From: a virus
Reading direction: 5' to 3' (one strand)
DNA length: 64,000 bases
Virus record (IMG/VR): IMGVR_UViG_3300027816_000055
Shown here in pieces: positions 46,560 to 57,028 of this stretch. Made by a program: the position numbers and the translations under genes. The notes beneath the pieces were generated by a model, which searched no databases, had not been told where the DNA came from, and worked only from the letters and a program-made list of their open reading frames with translations. Within the stretch, counting starts at the first letter, position 1. Each line of letters begins with the position of its first letter.

Positions 46560-49091
46560 ATGTATCAAAATATATTCGTAGATAAAAAAACAAACACTGT
46601 TCATCTATGGGATGATGAAGGTGGTTATCAAAATATACCTTTTCAAAACTATGCATTTCGTAAGCGTCCCGGTGGACGTTATCGTAGTATTTATGGTGAC
46701 GAACTAGAACGAGTCACATTTTTTAATCCTAGAGATCCATCACTTTTTGGCTCGGATATTCCAATTGAAACCAAAATTTTAATTGACTTGTACGAGTCCA
46801 GTGATGATGTATCCAAAGGACATCGTATTGGTTGCATCGATATTGAAACGGACAGCGAAGGTGGGTTTCCAACCGTTGAAAAGGGCGATAAAGAAATCAC
46901 TGCAATTGCATTATATGATTATGTAGGCGGCAAATATATTGCATTTCTACTTGATAAAGACAATCGGGTAAAAACCAATTCTATTGATGGTATAGAAATT
47001 ATTTCTAGTGACAACGAATATAATCTATTGAGCAAGTTCCTAAACAAATGGAATGAACTCGGATTTACCATTGTTACAGGTTGGAATATTGATGGATTTG
47101 ATATGCCTTATCTGTATAATCGTATTACGAATGTAATGGGAAAAGAGCATTCAAAGCGATTGAGTCCCATTGATATTTGTTATATCAACGATTGGAGCAA
47201 ACGGTTGGTGATAGCGGGTATTAGTTGTTTGGATTATCTTGAATTGTTCAAGAAATATTCAGACAAGCGTGAACCTTCGTATGCACTTGATCCAATTGGC
47301 CGCAAATTTGTCGGTATTGGTAAGGTGGAATTTGAAGGAAGTCTTGATCATTTGTATAAGACTGATTTGGAAAAGTATATTCGTTACAATATCAACGACG
47401 TAAAAATTGTTGTTGAGATTGATAAACTCAAACAATATATTGAATTGGCCCGTAAAATTTGTCACACAGGTCATGTTCCATATGAAAACTTTGCATGGAG
47501 CAGTCGATACCTAGAAGGTGCAATATTGACATATTTGCGCCGTAATGGTGGTCTTATTGCTCCAAATAAACCAATGGAGGGCAAGGAAGAATATGAGCAG
47601 CGTTTGGAAGCTAACGAAGAAGGATTTGAAGGTGCATATGTGAAAGATCCAATTCCGGGTCGGTACGAATATGTATTTGACTTGGACTTGACCAGTATGT
47701 ATCCAAAAATCATGATTAGTCTCAATATTAGTCCAGAAACGAAAGTTGGTAAGATTGATAGTTGGGATGTAGAAGCGTATCTTTCCGGCAAACTTGAAAA
47801 AGTATTTATTGCGGGCAATCCATATACTATGGATGAATTTCATAAATTGTTGACTCAGCAAAACTTGAGTGTTTCGAGCAACGGTTGCTTGTACAAATTG
47901 GATAAGAAAGGTGTTATTCCATCGATTCTATCCAAGTGGTTTGATGAACGTGTTGAGATGCGTAAATTGGAAAAGAAGTATGCTAAAGAAAACAACAAAG
48001 AAATGTATCAATTTTATAATCAACGTCAGTTGGTACAAAAGATTATGTTGAACAGTGCTTATGGTGTGCTTGGATTGCCAATTTTTAGATTTTACGATAA
48101 AGACAATGCAGAAGCTGTTACGAAGAGTGGTGTAACCATTATTCAAACGGCAGGTAAAGCAATCAATCAATATTATCAGGATATTCTAAAAGATGACGGT
48201 GATTATGTCATCTACACTGATACAGACAGTTGCTTTGCAAGCGCATTGCCTATTATTGAACGAACCATGCCAGAAATTGATGTTAACAACGAAGAGTTAA
48301 TGATCAAAACAACATTGAAAATTTGTTCAGAGGTACAGACGTTTGTTAATAAAATCTTTGATGTAATGGCACAACGAGCCTTTCATTTGAAACATCATGA
48401 ATTTGAAGCAAAACAAGAAGTTATTGCCAAGAGTTCATTTTGGCTGGCTAAGAAACGTTATACACAGTTCATTATTAATAAAAATGGTGTTGAATGTGAT
48501 GAACTAGAAATCAAAGGTATCGACGTAGTTCGTACAAGTTTTCCAATTCGATTCAGAAAATTTATGAATGACTTTTTGATTGACATTCTTAAAAAGACTG
48601 ACATGAAGATCATCAATCAGAAAATTTATGAGTTTGAATTGACATTGAACGACGTGCCGATCATTGAACTTGCAAAAAACACAAGTATCAAGTTTGTAAG
48701 TATGGATAAAGGTAAAAATTATGATCCTAATAATCGTGTACCTTTTAATTTTATATTGGGTACTCCTGCTCAAGTAAAAGCTGGTCTTGCTTACAATGAT
48801 TTGCTTGAGTTTTGGAAACTTGACACTAAATATCCAAAACTGATGCATGGACAAAAAATCAAGTGGGTGTATTTAATTGAGAATGACTATGGTATTGATG
48901 CATTGGCTATGAAAGCTGACGGCACCGATCCTAAAGAAATTCTTGATTTTATTGAGAAATACATTGATCGTAAATTGATGTATCAAAAAGAACTCAAAAG
49001 CAAATTAGAAGACTTTTACAACGTATTGAAGTGGAATTATCCAGATCAATACAGCATGAACACAATGAATATTATATTTGATTGTGAGTAA
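46560..49091 (+). CDS. Family-B DNA polymerase (T4 gp43-like)
   Basis: ExoI 'IDIET', ExoII 'GWNIDGFDMPYL', ExoIII 'YNINDV', 'DLTSMYP', 'KIMLNSAYG', 'YTDTDS'. Confidence 0.95.
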   Translation: MYQNIFVDKKTNTVHLWDDEGGYQNIPFQNYAFRKRPGGRYRSIYGDELERVTFFNPRDPSLFGSDIPIETKILIDLYESSDDVSKGHRIGCIDIETDSEGGFPTVEKGDKEITAIALYDYVGGKYIAFLLDKDNRVKTNSIDGIEIISSDNEYNLLSKFLNKWNELGFTIVTGWNIDGFDMPYLYNRITNVMGKEHSKRLSPIDICYINDWSKRLVIAGISCLDYLELFKKYSDKREPSYALDPIGRKFVGIGKVEFEGSLDHLYKTDLEKYIRYNINDVKIVVEIDKLKQYIELARKICHTGHVPYENFAWSSRYLEGAILTYLRRNGGLIAPNKPMEGKEEYEQRLEANEEGFEGAYVKDPIPGRYEYVFDLDLTSMYPKIMISLNISPETKVGKIDSWDVEAYLSGKLEKVFIAGNPYTMDEFHKLLTQQNLSVSSNGCLYKLDKKGVIPSILSKWFDERVEMRKLEKKYAKENNKEMYQFYNQRQLVQKIMLNSAYGVLGLPIFRFYDKDNAEAVTKSGVTIIQTAGKAINQYYQDILKDDGDYVIYTDTDSCFASALPIIERTMPEIDVNNEELMIKTTLKICSEVQTFVNKIFDVMAQRAFHLKHHEFEAKQEVIAKSSFWLAKKRYTQFIINKNGVECDELEIKGIDVVRTSFPIRFRKFMNDFLIDILKKTDMKIINQKIYEFELTLNDVPIIELAKNTSIKFVSMDKGKNYDPNNRVPFNFILGTPAQVKAGLAYNDLLEFWKLDTKYPKLMHGQKIKWVYLIENDYGIDALAMKADGTDPKEILDFIEKYIDRKLMYQKELKSKLEDFYNVLKWNYPDQYSMNTMNIIFDCE

Positions 49092-49097
49092 ATAAAC

Positions 49098-49126
49098 TGG
49101 ACAACCTACAACTGCTCGGCTATAGT
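49098..49126 (+). promoter_or_regulatory. sigma70-type promoter for the clamp operon
   Basis: TGGACA(49098)-17 nt-TATAGT(49121-49126). Confidence 0.6.
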
Positions 49127-49160
49127 GTGGCGTAACTTATAACCGAGCAGTTTTTCTTTT
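49110..49160 (+). terminator. Terminator-like hairpin after PolB, overlapping the clamp promoter
   Basis: AACTGCTCGGCTATA / TATAACCGAGCAGTT (15 bp, 1 mismatch) followed by TTTCTTTT. Confidence 0.6.
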
Positions 49161-49931
49161 ATGATTAAATCTACATTAGAATCGATGATTAAGAAGTATT
49201 ATCTTGCAAATTTTATGGAAACTTCAATTTGGAAGGTACTGAATGATAAAAAGCAGCTACGAATGGCAGCGTGTACTCCAAATTATGTACTGAGCGTAGT
49301 AGTTGAACTAAATAATTTTGAAGAAATTCCAACAACCGAGTTTGCAGTAAATGATACCACCAAGCTATTGAAGATGTTGAATGCACTGGATGCGGATATC
49401 AAATTGTCCGTCAAACAAGACAACAATGGCAAAATTTACAATATTGTAGTAAATTCTGGTAATATTGAGATGGAATATGTAACCGCTGATATTAATGTAT
49501 TGCGAGCAAATGAAGTGGTAAAGACCATCAAGAAGGTCAATGAACCTCCGTTTGAAGTAGAAATCGTGCTTGATAGAGACTTTATTGACACTTATATTGC
49601 TAGTACAACTGCATTGTCCGATAGCGAGAATGTAGTATTTCAAATGAACAAGGATAATAAACTTGAAATGGTATTCGGCCATATTCAAGGTGCAAACAAG
49701 TCATTAAACACTTCAAAAATTAAATATTTGCCTAAAACTGCAAATGGGAAAGATACACTTCCATCGTCACTTGGTTTTAGTTCTGAGTATTTGAAGCAAA
49801 TTTTGGTAGCAAATAAAGATGCTACCGATACAATTCTCAAATTGGGTGTTACTAAGCCTATGGCAACTGCTCAATTTACAAGCGGCGACATCATTGCAAC
49901 CTATCACGTAACCGGTCTTACTGTTAAATAA
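49161..49931 (+). CDS. DNA polymerase sliding clamp (gp45-like)
   Basis: 256 aa between PolB and clamp loader; 'FAVNDTTKLLKML', 'FSSEYLKQILVAN'. Confidence 0.7.
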   Translation: MIKSTLESMIKKYYLANFMETSIWKVLNDKKQLRMAACTPNYVLSVVVELNNFEEIPTTEFAVNDTTKLLKMLNALDADIKLSVKQDNNGKIYNIVVNSGNIEMEYVTADINVLRANEVVKTIKKVNEPPFEVEIVLDRDFIDTYIASTTALSDSENVVFQMNKDNKLEMVFGHIQGANKSLNTSKIKYLPKTANGKDTLPSSLGFSSEYLKQILVANKDATDTILKLGVTKPMATAQFTSGDIIATYHVTGLTVK

Positions 49932-49934
49932 TAT

Positions 49935-50861
49935 ATGACTACACAAGAACATCATACTATCTGGCCTGAAAAATATCGTCCTTCATCTTTGGATGAATAT
50001 GTAAGTAATCCAAATTTGATTGCTACAATTCGTAAATTTATTGATTCAAAGAACATCCCACATCTGTTATTTCATGGCACTGCGGGAACCGGCAAGACAA
50101 CCTTGGCAAAGCTGATTATCAAGAATGTTGAGTGCGATGCAATGTATATTAACGCATCGGACGAAAACAATGTTGATAACGTTCGTACAAAAATTAAAGA
50201 TTTTGCCTCAAATGTTGGATTTTCTGAATTGAAGATCATTATTTTGGACGAAGCAGATTATCTCACACACAATTCACAGGCGGCATTACGTAACATTATG
50301 GAGACGTATGCATTGACTACACGATTCATTCTAACCTGTAACTATATTGAAAAGATTAGTGAGCCATTGTATTCACGTTGTCAGTGTTTTGAAATTAGTC
50401 CTCTGCAAAAGAAAGATGTGGCAATCCATCTAAAAAATGTGTTGCATGCCGAAAACATACAGCACACAATGGAAGATTTGGGTTATATTGTTAACACATA
50501 TTATCCTGATATTCGTAAAGTGTTAAATTTTGCACAACAGAGCGTGTTGAATGGTGAGATTAAAATCGCAGAATTAAATTCGTCTTCATACAATACTAAA
50601 AATCAGCTTGTTGAGATTTTGAAGTCGGAATCCAACGCTGCCACCGGATTCAATAAAATTAGACAGTTGATTGCAGATAGTGGTATTCGTCACTATGAAG
50701 AATTGTATCAAACTTTATTTGATCGTGTTGATGATTATGCACCAAAACAGCAATCGGCAGCGATTTTGGTTGTGGCAGAGTATTTGTATCAAAGCAGCAT
50801 GATTGTGAATAAAGAAATTGCCTTCATGGCGTGTATTGCAAAACTTCTAGAAATACTATGA
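49935..50861 (+). CDS. Clamp-loader large subunit (gp44/RFC-like AAA+)
   Basis: 'WPEKYRP', 'GTAGTGKTT', 'INASDE', 'LDEADYL', 'SRC', 'PDIRK'. Confidence 0.92.
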   Translation: MTTQEHHTIWPEKYRPSSLDEYVSNPNLIATIRKFIDSKNIPHLLFHGTAGTGKTTLAKLIIKNVECDAMYINASDENNVDNVRTKIKDFASNVGFSELKIIILDEADYLTHNSQAALRNIMETYALTTRFILTCNYIEKISEPLYSRCQCFEISPLQKKDVAIHLKNVLHAENIQHTMEDLGYIVNTYYPDIRKVLNFAQQSVLNGEIKIAELNSSSYNTKNQLVEILKSESNAATGFNKIRQLIADSGIRHYEELYQTLFDRVDDYAPKQQSAAILVVAEYLYQSSMIVNKEIAFMACIAKLLEIL

Positions 50862-51058
50862 AAATGGATAAAAAACTAACTGAGATAGTATCGTATTTTT
50901 CAAAATACGCATGGTATGATAATGCATACGCTACCACATATAAAAATGAATATGTAATCATCGTAAAAAAATATCCTTATAGCGACGATCACTTATTCAG
51001 TGAATACGAAAAAAATAAAAAAGTTAGAATTAGAACACACGTATTGGGAGGAAAATGA
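50858..51058 (+). CDS. Small hypothetical protein
   Basis: ATGA overlap with the clamp-loader stop. Confidence 0.5.
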   Translation: MKMDKKLTEIVSYFSKYAWYDNAYATTYKNEYVIIVKKYPYSDDHLFSEYEKNKKVRIRTHVLGGK

Positions 51059-51594
51059 ATATTTTAAATAAAACCAAGGTTTATCTTGCAGGCAATCTTG
51101 AAAATGCAAATTCAAGCACTAATACATGGAGAGATTATGTTAAAAATGAATTAAATTCGTTAAATATAACATTTCTTTCTCCGTTAGAGCGAATGTTTAC
51201 AGATGATATGCCTGAAGATGAAAGTAATCAGCGCACAGTAAAAATGCTACGTGCAAATGGGGAATTTGATGTCTTGCATGAGCATATGAAGAAAATAATT
51301 CGTAAAGATTTGCGATTGGTTGATGTATCGGATTTTTTCATCTTTAATTTTGATATAAAAAATCCTACATATGGTACAATGCATGAACTTGTATTGGCAA
51401 GTCAGCAACGCAAACCTGTTTTTATTAGTGTAGGTGATAAACGCCAGTGTCCACTATGGATTATGGGATTATTTAACCACAAGTACATTTACAACAATGT
51501 AGAAGAAATAGTTGATGTATTGAAAAGAATTGATAGTGGTGAAATTGAAATTAATAACAGTCGTTGGAGATTATTGAAGCCTGAATTTCGATAA
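51055..51594 (+). CDS. Nucleoside 2-deoxyribosyltransferase-like / nucleotide N-glycosidase
   Basis: 'KVYLAG', 'DLRLVDVSD', 'GTMHEL..A....KPV'. Confidence 0.7.
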   Translation: MNILNKTKVYLAGNLENANSSTNTWRDYVKNELNSLNITFLSPLERMFTDDMPEDESNQRTVKMLRANGEFDVLHEHMKKIIRKDLRLVDVSDFFIFNFDIKNPTYGTMHELVLASQQRKPVFISVGDKRQCPLWIMGLFNHKYIYNNVEEIVDVLKRIDSGEIEINNSRWRLLKPEFR

Positions 51595-51645
51595 ATATAT
51601 TAAACGGATTATCAATGATCCGTATATTTATAAGAAATTGTTATA

Positions 51646-53700
51646 ATGGATACGTCAAAATTTAATCTATTACCAGAGAGAATATTATCAATTCCAGATA
51701 AAAGAATTGCATATATAAGCGCAATTGGCACAAGTGGATATGCTACTGCGGCAAAGGGGTATATTTACAATCATGTAAAAAACAAAGACTATGTGCAATG
51801 GTTACAATATGACATTGCTAGTACAACGCCATTAAATGAAAATACTAATTTTGATTTATATATATCCAAATCAAAAAAAGTAATACTGTCAACTCCATCC
51901 ACAATTATAGTTCATTCCATACCTTTAGTATGGAATGAACTTATTTCTAACAGTAAATTTAACATTACTGATAAAACACAGATTATTGGAAGAACCGTTT
52001 GGGAGTTTGAAAAAGTACATCCTGATTGGATTGATAGTATTAATAACAGTGTTGTAACTCATGTTAGCGTTCCCACTGAATGGAATAAAAATATATTTTT
52101 AAAGGCAGGTATATTTAAGCCTATTATTGTTGAACCGCATATATTTGTTGACTTTCAAAATCAATTATATACGATTGAACACTTACTAAAGAAAAGTGTA
52201 GTTTTAATAAAATCTGACATTAAATTGTTAAATATAAAAGATTATTATAAATTCTATTGTATAGAACAATTGACAGATAGAAAGAATTTAATTGCAACAT
52301 TGCATTCTTATTGTAAAGCATTTAAATCAACTGACAAAGTTGCACTATTTTTAAAAACATTTAGATCAAATTATTCAATACAAGAACAAGTCGAGTGTGC
52401 TAAATATTTAAATGAATTATCTGCTCAATATCCCGATCACGCACCTATTGTATATATTAAAGAACAATTAAATCATGATGAAGTACACAGTATGCATTAT
52501 CATTTTGATTGTTATGTAAGTTTAACTCACACTGAAGGATTTGGTCTTAGCATTTATGACGCATATAAACACAATAAAAATCTTATTGTAACTGGATATG
52601 GAGGTCACGTTGAATATTTAGGAGAAAATTATTCGGGATTGGTCAGATATAACACATCCCCAGTAAATTCATACATAACTCAAAAACATTATTTAAATGA
52701 AGATTATGTATGGGCTAATGCTGATGAAAATCATGCAATTGAACTGATGCAGAACGCGTATCAGAATGGAATGGAATCAGAAAAATATTGTGTATCAAAT
52801 TTTACATTAAATAATAATTCCATACCAATTCAAATTCAAAATTCAAATGTTAAGTTGTTAAACTTACCATATGATGCAAATAATTTTTATTTTAATCCAG
52901 CAATATTTAAATTTAATAATAATAAATATTTGATGACTAGATATTGCCATATTGATGAAGATAAAATTCCACATAACACGTTAAAATTATTTAACTTAAA
53001 TGAAGGAATAAAAGAAATTCCGTTAAAAATTAAAGATGAAGTTCAAGACGAACAATATGAAGATCCAAGAGTATTAATTCATCAAAATAAAATTTATGTG
53101 GGATGTGCAAATTATCAATTACATGTTTCTGAAAAGATACATCAAAAAATATTAGTATTTGATAGTGCGTTTAATCATATTGAAAATATTCATCCTGTAT
53201 ATGACGGTAATTCATCTAATTGTTTAAGTAATACTCGTTCCCAAAAAAATTGGACATATTTTGTACATGATGATAAAATTCTATGTGTGTATCAAATGCA
53301 TCCACACACAGTTATAGAATTTGATAACACCGGTCGTATATTGACTGAATACAAAACTTTTGTTGATATTACTAAAACATGGCGCTTTGGAGAACCGCGC
53401 ATGGGCAGTAATCCAATTCTGAAAGATGGTATATACTATAATTTCTTTCATAGTAGCGTTCCTTGGAAAAATCCTAAACGACAATATTTTATGGGATATT
53501 ATACATTTGAAGCTAAACCTCCATTTAAAATTATTGAAATCTCAAAGGAGCCTATTATTTGGGGAAATGAATCGGATTTTAGATTTTTACCAAATTTTAA
53601 TCCAATTGTTGTATTTCCATGTGGAGCTATTTATGAAGATAATAGTTTTTATGTTAGTTTTGGATTTAATGACGAAAAGACAGGAATTATAAAATTATGA
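51646..53700 (+). CDS. Fusion: GT4-like glycosyltransferase + five-bladed beta-propeller (GH130/GT108-like)
   Basis: N-term 'SGYATAA', 'TVWE', 'DRKNL', 'THTEGFGL'; C-term 'FNPAI', 'YEDPRV', 'KNWT', 'FFH', 'KPPFKI', 'VVFPCG', 'VSFGFND'. Confidence 0.7.
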   Translation: MDTSKFNLLPERILSIPDKRIAYISAIGTSGYATAAKGYIYNHVKNKDYVQWLQYDIASTTPLNENTNFDLYISKSKKVILSTPSTIIVHSIPLVWNELISNSKFNITDKTQIIGRTVWEFEKVHPDWIDSINNSVVTHVSVPTEWNKNIFLKAGIFKPIIVEPHIFVDFQNQLYTIEHLLKKSVVLIKSDIKLLNIKDYYKFYCIEQLTDRKNLIATLHSYCKAFKSTDKVALFLKTFRSNYSIQEQVECAKYLNELSAQYPDHAPIVYIKEQLNHDEVHSMHYHFDCYVSLTHTEGFGLSIYDAYKHNKNLIVTGYGGHVEYLGENYSGLVRYNTSPVNSYITQKHYLNEDYVWANADENHAIELMQNAYQNGMESEKYCVSNFTLNNNSIPIQIQNSNVKLLNLPYDANNFYFNPAIFKFNNNKYLMTRYCHIDEDKIPHNTLKLFNLNEGIKEIPLKIKDEVQDEQYEDPRVLIHQNKIYVGCANYQLHVSEKIHQKILVFDSAFNHIENIHPVYDGNSSNCLSNTRSQKNWTYFVHDDKILCVYQMHPHTVIEFDNTGRILTEYKTFVDITKTWRFGEPRMGSNPILKDGIYYNFFHSSVPWKNPKRQYFMGYYTFEAKPPFKIIEISKEPIIWGNESDFRFLPNFNPIVVFPCGAIYEDNSFYVSFGFNDEKTGIIKL

Positions 53701-54902
53701 TCGCCGATTTTATTCTTGGAATAATTACATACAATCGATATGACTATTTAGATGACCTATTAAACACTTTGCAAGATCAATCAATCTTGCCTAAAGAAAT
53801 AATCATATCTGATAACGGAATTGGATATACATTGAAAAAAAATATAAACATACCCGTTACTATTATTAAAAATGCGTATAACTATGGAACGTGTAGAGCA
53901 CTAAATCAAATAATAAAAATTGCATCGGGTCAAACGATAATGTTTATATGCGATGATATCTATTTTACATCAAATGATTCATTAAAAAGTATATATGATA
54001 AATTTAATAAAAATCTAAAAGAAGATAATATACATTTAATATGGTGTAATCATTGGGCAGCTTTCATCGCTTCACCAGCTTGGATTGAAAAAACCGGATA
54101 TTTTGATGAGAATATATGGCCATGTTATTTTGAAGATTCTGATATGGTTGAAAGAATTAGAAAAAAACAAAATAATAATATATCTCATAATTGTATCGGA
54201 TTTAAATCGGTTAGAATGATAAACAATTTTGAAGAAACAGAAGTACTCGGTAATAAACGGGGCACTGCGGAGCCACTGATAACAACTAAATTTTCAGATT
54301 TCAAAGATCGTAACTTATTTTATTTTTTGTATAAGTGGAAAAATACATTTAATCTAAATGAAGATATGCATTTGAATACAAAACATTTTTATGTGGAACA
54401 ATCCGATGTAGATTTGTTTGATTTTGAAAGACAATATCTTAATAATCAAATCTCTTCAGTAAATATACACAATCCACAAAACAATGCCGTTGGTTTTTTT
54501 GATGAAATAATCGATCTTAAAAAATATAATATTCAAAATATTATCGAGTATAAAACTGATAGAGCATATATTTCTAGAATTTTACTACATCTTAAACCAC
54601 TTCAGTTCACAACAATACGAGATGAACCACAATTACAACATGATATTTTACATCACTTAAATTATTTATTTAATTATAAAATTAACATTATATTCAAAGA
54701 TAGTAAAATATTAGACGATATTAATTATGAAAATTATGATTTATTAGTATTAAACAATCAACAAGTTCCATCAAATATCAAAGATATAAAATATATTTTA
54801 TATTTTTCAAATAATGACAATTTAATTATAAGCAATTACAAAAAAACAATAATTAAAAAAAATGTAAATAACACATACATGATATTTTTTGAAAAAATAT
54901 GA
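53697..54902 (+). CDS. Glycosyltransferase family 2 with C-terminal extension
   Basis: 'IITYNRYDYL', 'ISDNG', 'FICDD', 'GYFDE..WPCYFEDSD'. Confidence 0.75.
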   Translation: MIADFILGIITYNRYDYLDDLLNTLQDQSILPKEIIISDNGIGYTLKKNINIPVTIIKNAYNYGTCRALNQIIKIASGQTIMFICDDIYFTSNDSLKSIYDKFNKNLKEDNIHLIWCNHWAAFIASPAWIEKTGYFDENIWPCYFEDSDMVERIRKKQNNNISHNCIGFKSVRMINNFEETEVLGNKRGTAEPLITTKFSDFKDRNLFYFLYKWKNTFNLNEDMHLNTKHFYVEQSDVDLFDFERQYLNNQISSVNIHNPQNNAVGFFDEIIDLKKYNIQNIIEYKTDRAYISRILLHLKPLQFTTIRDEPQLQHDILHHLNYLFNYKINIIFKDSKILDDINYENYDLLVLNNQQVPSNIKDIKYILYFSNNDNLIISNYKKTIIKKNVNNTYMIFFEKI

Positions 54903-55813
54903 ATATCGGATATTTCTTCATGAATGCAAACAGCATCGGCGACACTGTTGCTGGTGCTCGACTATTTTTTGCATTATATCACTACGCACAGTTAAAACAA
55001 TTAAGAAAGATTGCAATATTGCATATTGCAAATCAAATAGAGTTGAAACTTACGTGCGAAGGCCAGATTGATTCAACATGGGCAATTTATACAGAACTAC
55101 TGACATTGTATAAAAAAGCGAATATTTTGGATGATTTTACATATATTTGCGGTATATCCGATGAAATAAAAGATAATCCGTCAAGTAGACAAAAGATAGA
55201 AGACACGATTAAACATTATTTCTCTAAAAGAAATGCGTCAATTGAATGTATGTTAGATAATAAACTAGAACTTTGGAATCATTTCCATTCTATTATTAGT
55301 AGTGATGCTATAATTAAATTTTATCAAGAGCGATTTGCTTTCTTGAAAGAGGATATCACAGAAAATTATAATATAGTGCAGTATTGTAGTCATCATTATT
55401 CACCGCATCACGTTGATAAATTTGCAAAATGTCATAAACGAATATCATTCTCAAATTTAACAAATTGGATTGAATCAAATAATATAATTGTTAATAAATT
55501 TGTTGGCAGCACTATAGATTATGATTTGACACAACGCTGTATTGAAAAGCTTCAGCCATTATATCCAAACAAAATATTCATAAATATGTGCGGCGATCTT
55601 TATTTAGAAGACACATTTAAACAAATATACAACGCTTCCAATGTTTTATCAACCGAAAGCTTTGCCGGACTATTGGGTGGTGTATTTAATAAACCTAGTA
55701 TTATTTATTTTAGACATGAACTAGTACAAACACTACTTAACTTTAAAAGTGGTCTAGATTTATTTCCTAATTTAACTATGAAATTAGATAATGTTTTAAC
55801 AGAGAATGATTGA
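54899..55813 (+). CDS. Putative GT-B protein (GT9-like C-terminus)
   Basis: 'NMCGDLYL...IYNA..V.STES..GLLG..FNKPSI' weakly like GT9; cluster context. Confidence 0.35.
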   Translation: MNIGYFFMNANSIGDTVAGARLFFALYHYAQLKQLRKIAILHIANQIELKLTCEGQIDSTWAIYTELLTLYKKANILDDFTYICGISDEIKDNPSSRQKIEDTIKHYFSKRNASIECMLDNKLELWNHFHSIISSDAIIKFYQERFAFLKEDITENYNIVQYCSHHYSPHHVDKFAKCHKRISFSNLTNWIESNNIIVNKFVGSTIDYDLTQRCIEKLQPLYPNKIFINMCGDLYLEDTFKQIYNASNVLSTESFAGLLGGVFNKPSIIYFRHELVQTLLNFKSGLDLFPNLTMKLDNVLTEND

Positions 55814-56423
55814 TAATTATATACAATTAAACAATAAACTTATAAAACAAAATATTGTAAATAAAATTACAAAAGAATATTTTGATTATTATAATAAAAT
55901 TAGAACATCTAGTTTACAGATAAGCTATTTGCGTCTTGGATTTTTACTTGGAAATTTAAACTTTATTCCAAAATCATTATTGGATGTTGGATATGGTAAT
56001 GGTGATTTTTTAACAGTTAGTGCCGATATAATAGAAAACTGTTATGGATATGATGTATCAAACTATCCGGCACCAAATAAAATTAAAAAGATAAATTCAT
56101 TGTATGAAAATACATTTGATGTCGTAACGTTGTTTGACGTATTAGAGCATTTTGATGATGTATACGATATAAAAAATATTAAAACGAAATATTATCTAAT
56201 ATCAGTACCAGAATGTCATTATTTTTCTGACGATTGGTTTTTTAATTGGAAGCACCGAAAACCAAATGAACATATATGGCATTTTAACAAAACTTCGTTA
56301 GAAAACTTTATGAATGAAATAAATTTTGATCTAGTAAAATATTCAAATATAGAAGATGTCATTCGTAAACCAGTGGATGGTAATACAAATATTTTAACCG
56401 GATTATTTAAAAATAAGTTATGA
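55806..56423 (+). CDS. Class I SAM methyltransferase (Methyltransf_23-like)
   Basis: 'LLDVGYGNGDFL', 'FDVVTLFDVLEHF', 'EHIWHF'. Confidence 0.85.
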   Translation: MIDNYIQLNNKLIKQNIVNKITKEYFDYYNKIRTSSLQISYLRLGFLLGNLNFIPKSLLDVGYGNGDFLTVSADIIENCYGYDVSNYPAPNKIKKINSLYENTFDVVTLFDVLEHFDDVYDIKNIKTKYYLISVPECHYFSDDWFFNWKHRKPNEHIWHFNKTSLENFMNEINFDLVKYSNIEDVIRKPVDGNTNILTGLFKNKL

Positions 56424-57028
56424 TAAATTATAATTTAGTAAAAGGTATAGAAGGGTGGTGTAGCACTGAAAAAATGACAAAAATGACAAGTCTTATATTA
56501 GCTACCAAACCACAACGTGTAGTAGAAATAGGTGTTTTTTATGGAAAATCTTTAATATGTCAAGCATTGGCAATGAAGAAAAACAAAATCGGAAAAATAT
56601 ATGGAATTGATTCATGGAATCCAATAGATTGCTTAATGCATATGACAAATGAAAATGACATTAAATGGTGGAGTTCATTAAACTATGACATGATTTATGA
56701 TCAATGTATAACGAATATAAGAGAATCTGAAACAGAACATTTCGTACATATTTTAAAAGATAATTCGATGAATGTCGCTAATAATATAAATTTTCCTATA
56801 GACATCCTTCATATTGATGGAAATCACGAAGCATTATCAGCGTGTCAAAACGTTTCATTATATGTACCAAAAATAAAATCTGGTGGATTTTTATGGTTTA
56901 ATGACGCCGATTGGGAACAAAGTAAAAAAGCAATCGAATTAATAGAACAAAACTTTAAATTACAATTAATTGATAAAGCCAAATCGGATGATATTAATAA
57001 TCATTGTAACCTATATATTAAATTATAA
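56420..57028 (+). CDS. Class I SAM methyltransferase (Methyltransf_24-like)
   Basis: 'VVEIGVFYGKS', 'GIDSW', 'IDILHIDGNH', 'GGFLWFND'. Confidence 0.85.
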   Translation: MINYNLVKGIEGWCSTEKMTKMTSLILATKPQRVVEIGVFYGKSLICQALAMKKNKIGKIYGIDSWNPIDCLMHMTNENDIKWWSSLNYDMIYDQCITNIRESETEHFVHILKDNSMNVANNINFPIDILHIDGNHEALSACQNVSLYVPKIKSGGFLWFNDADWEQSKKAIELIEQNFKLQLIDKAKSDDINNHCNLYIKL

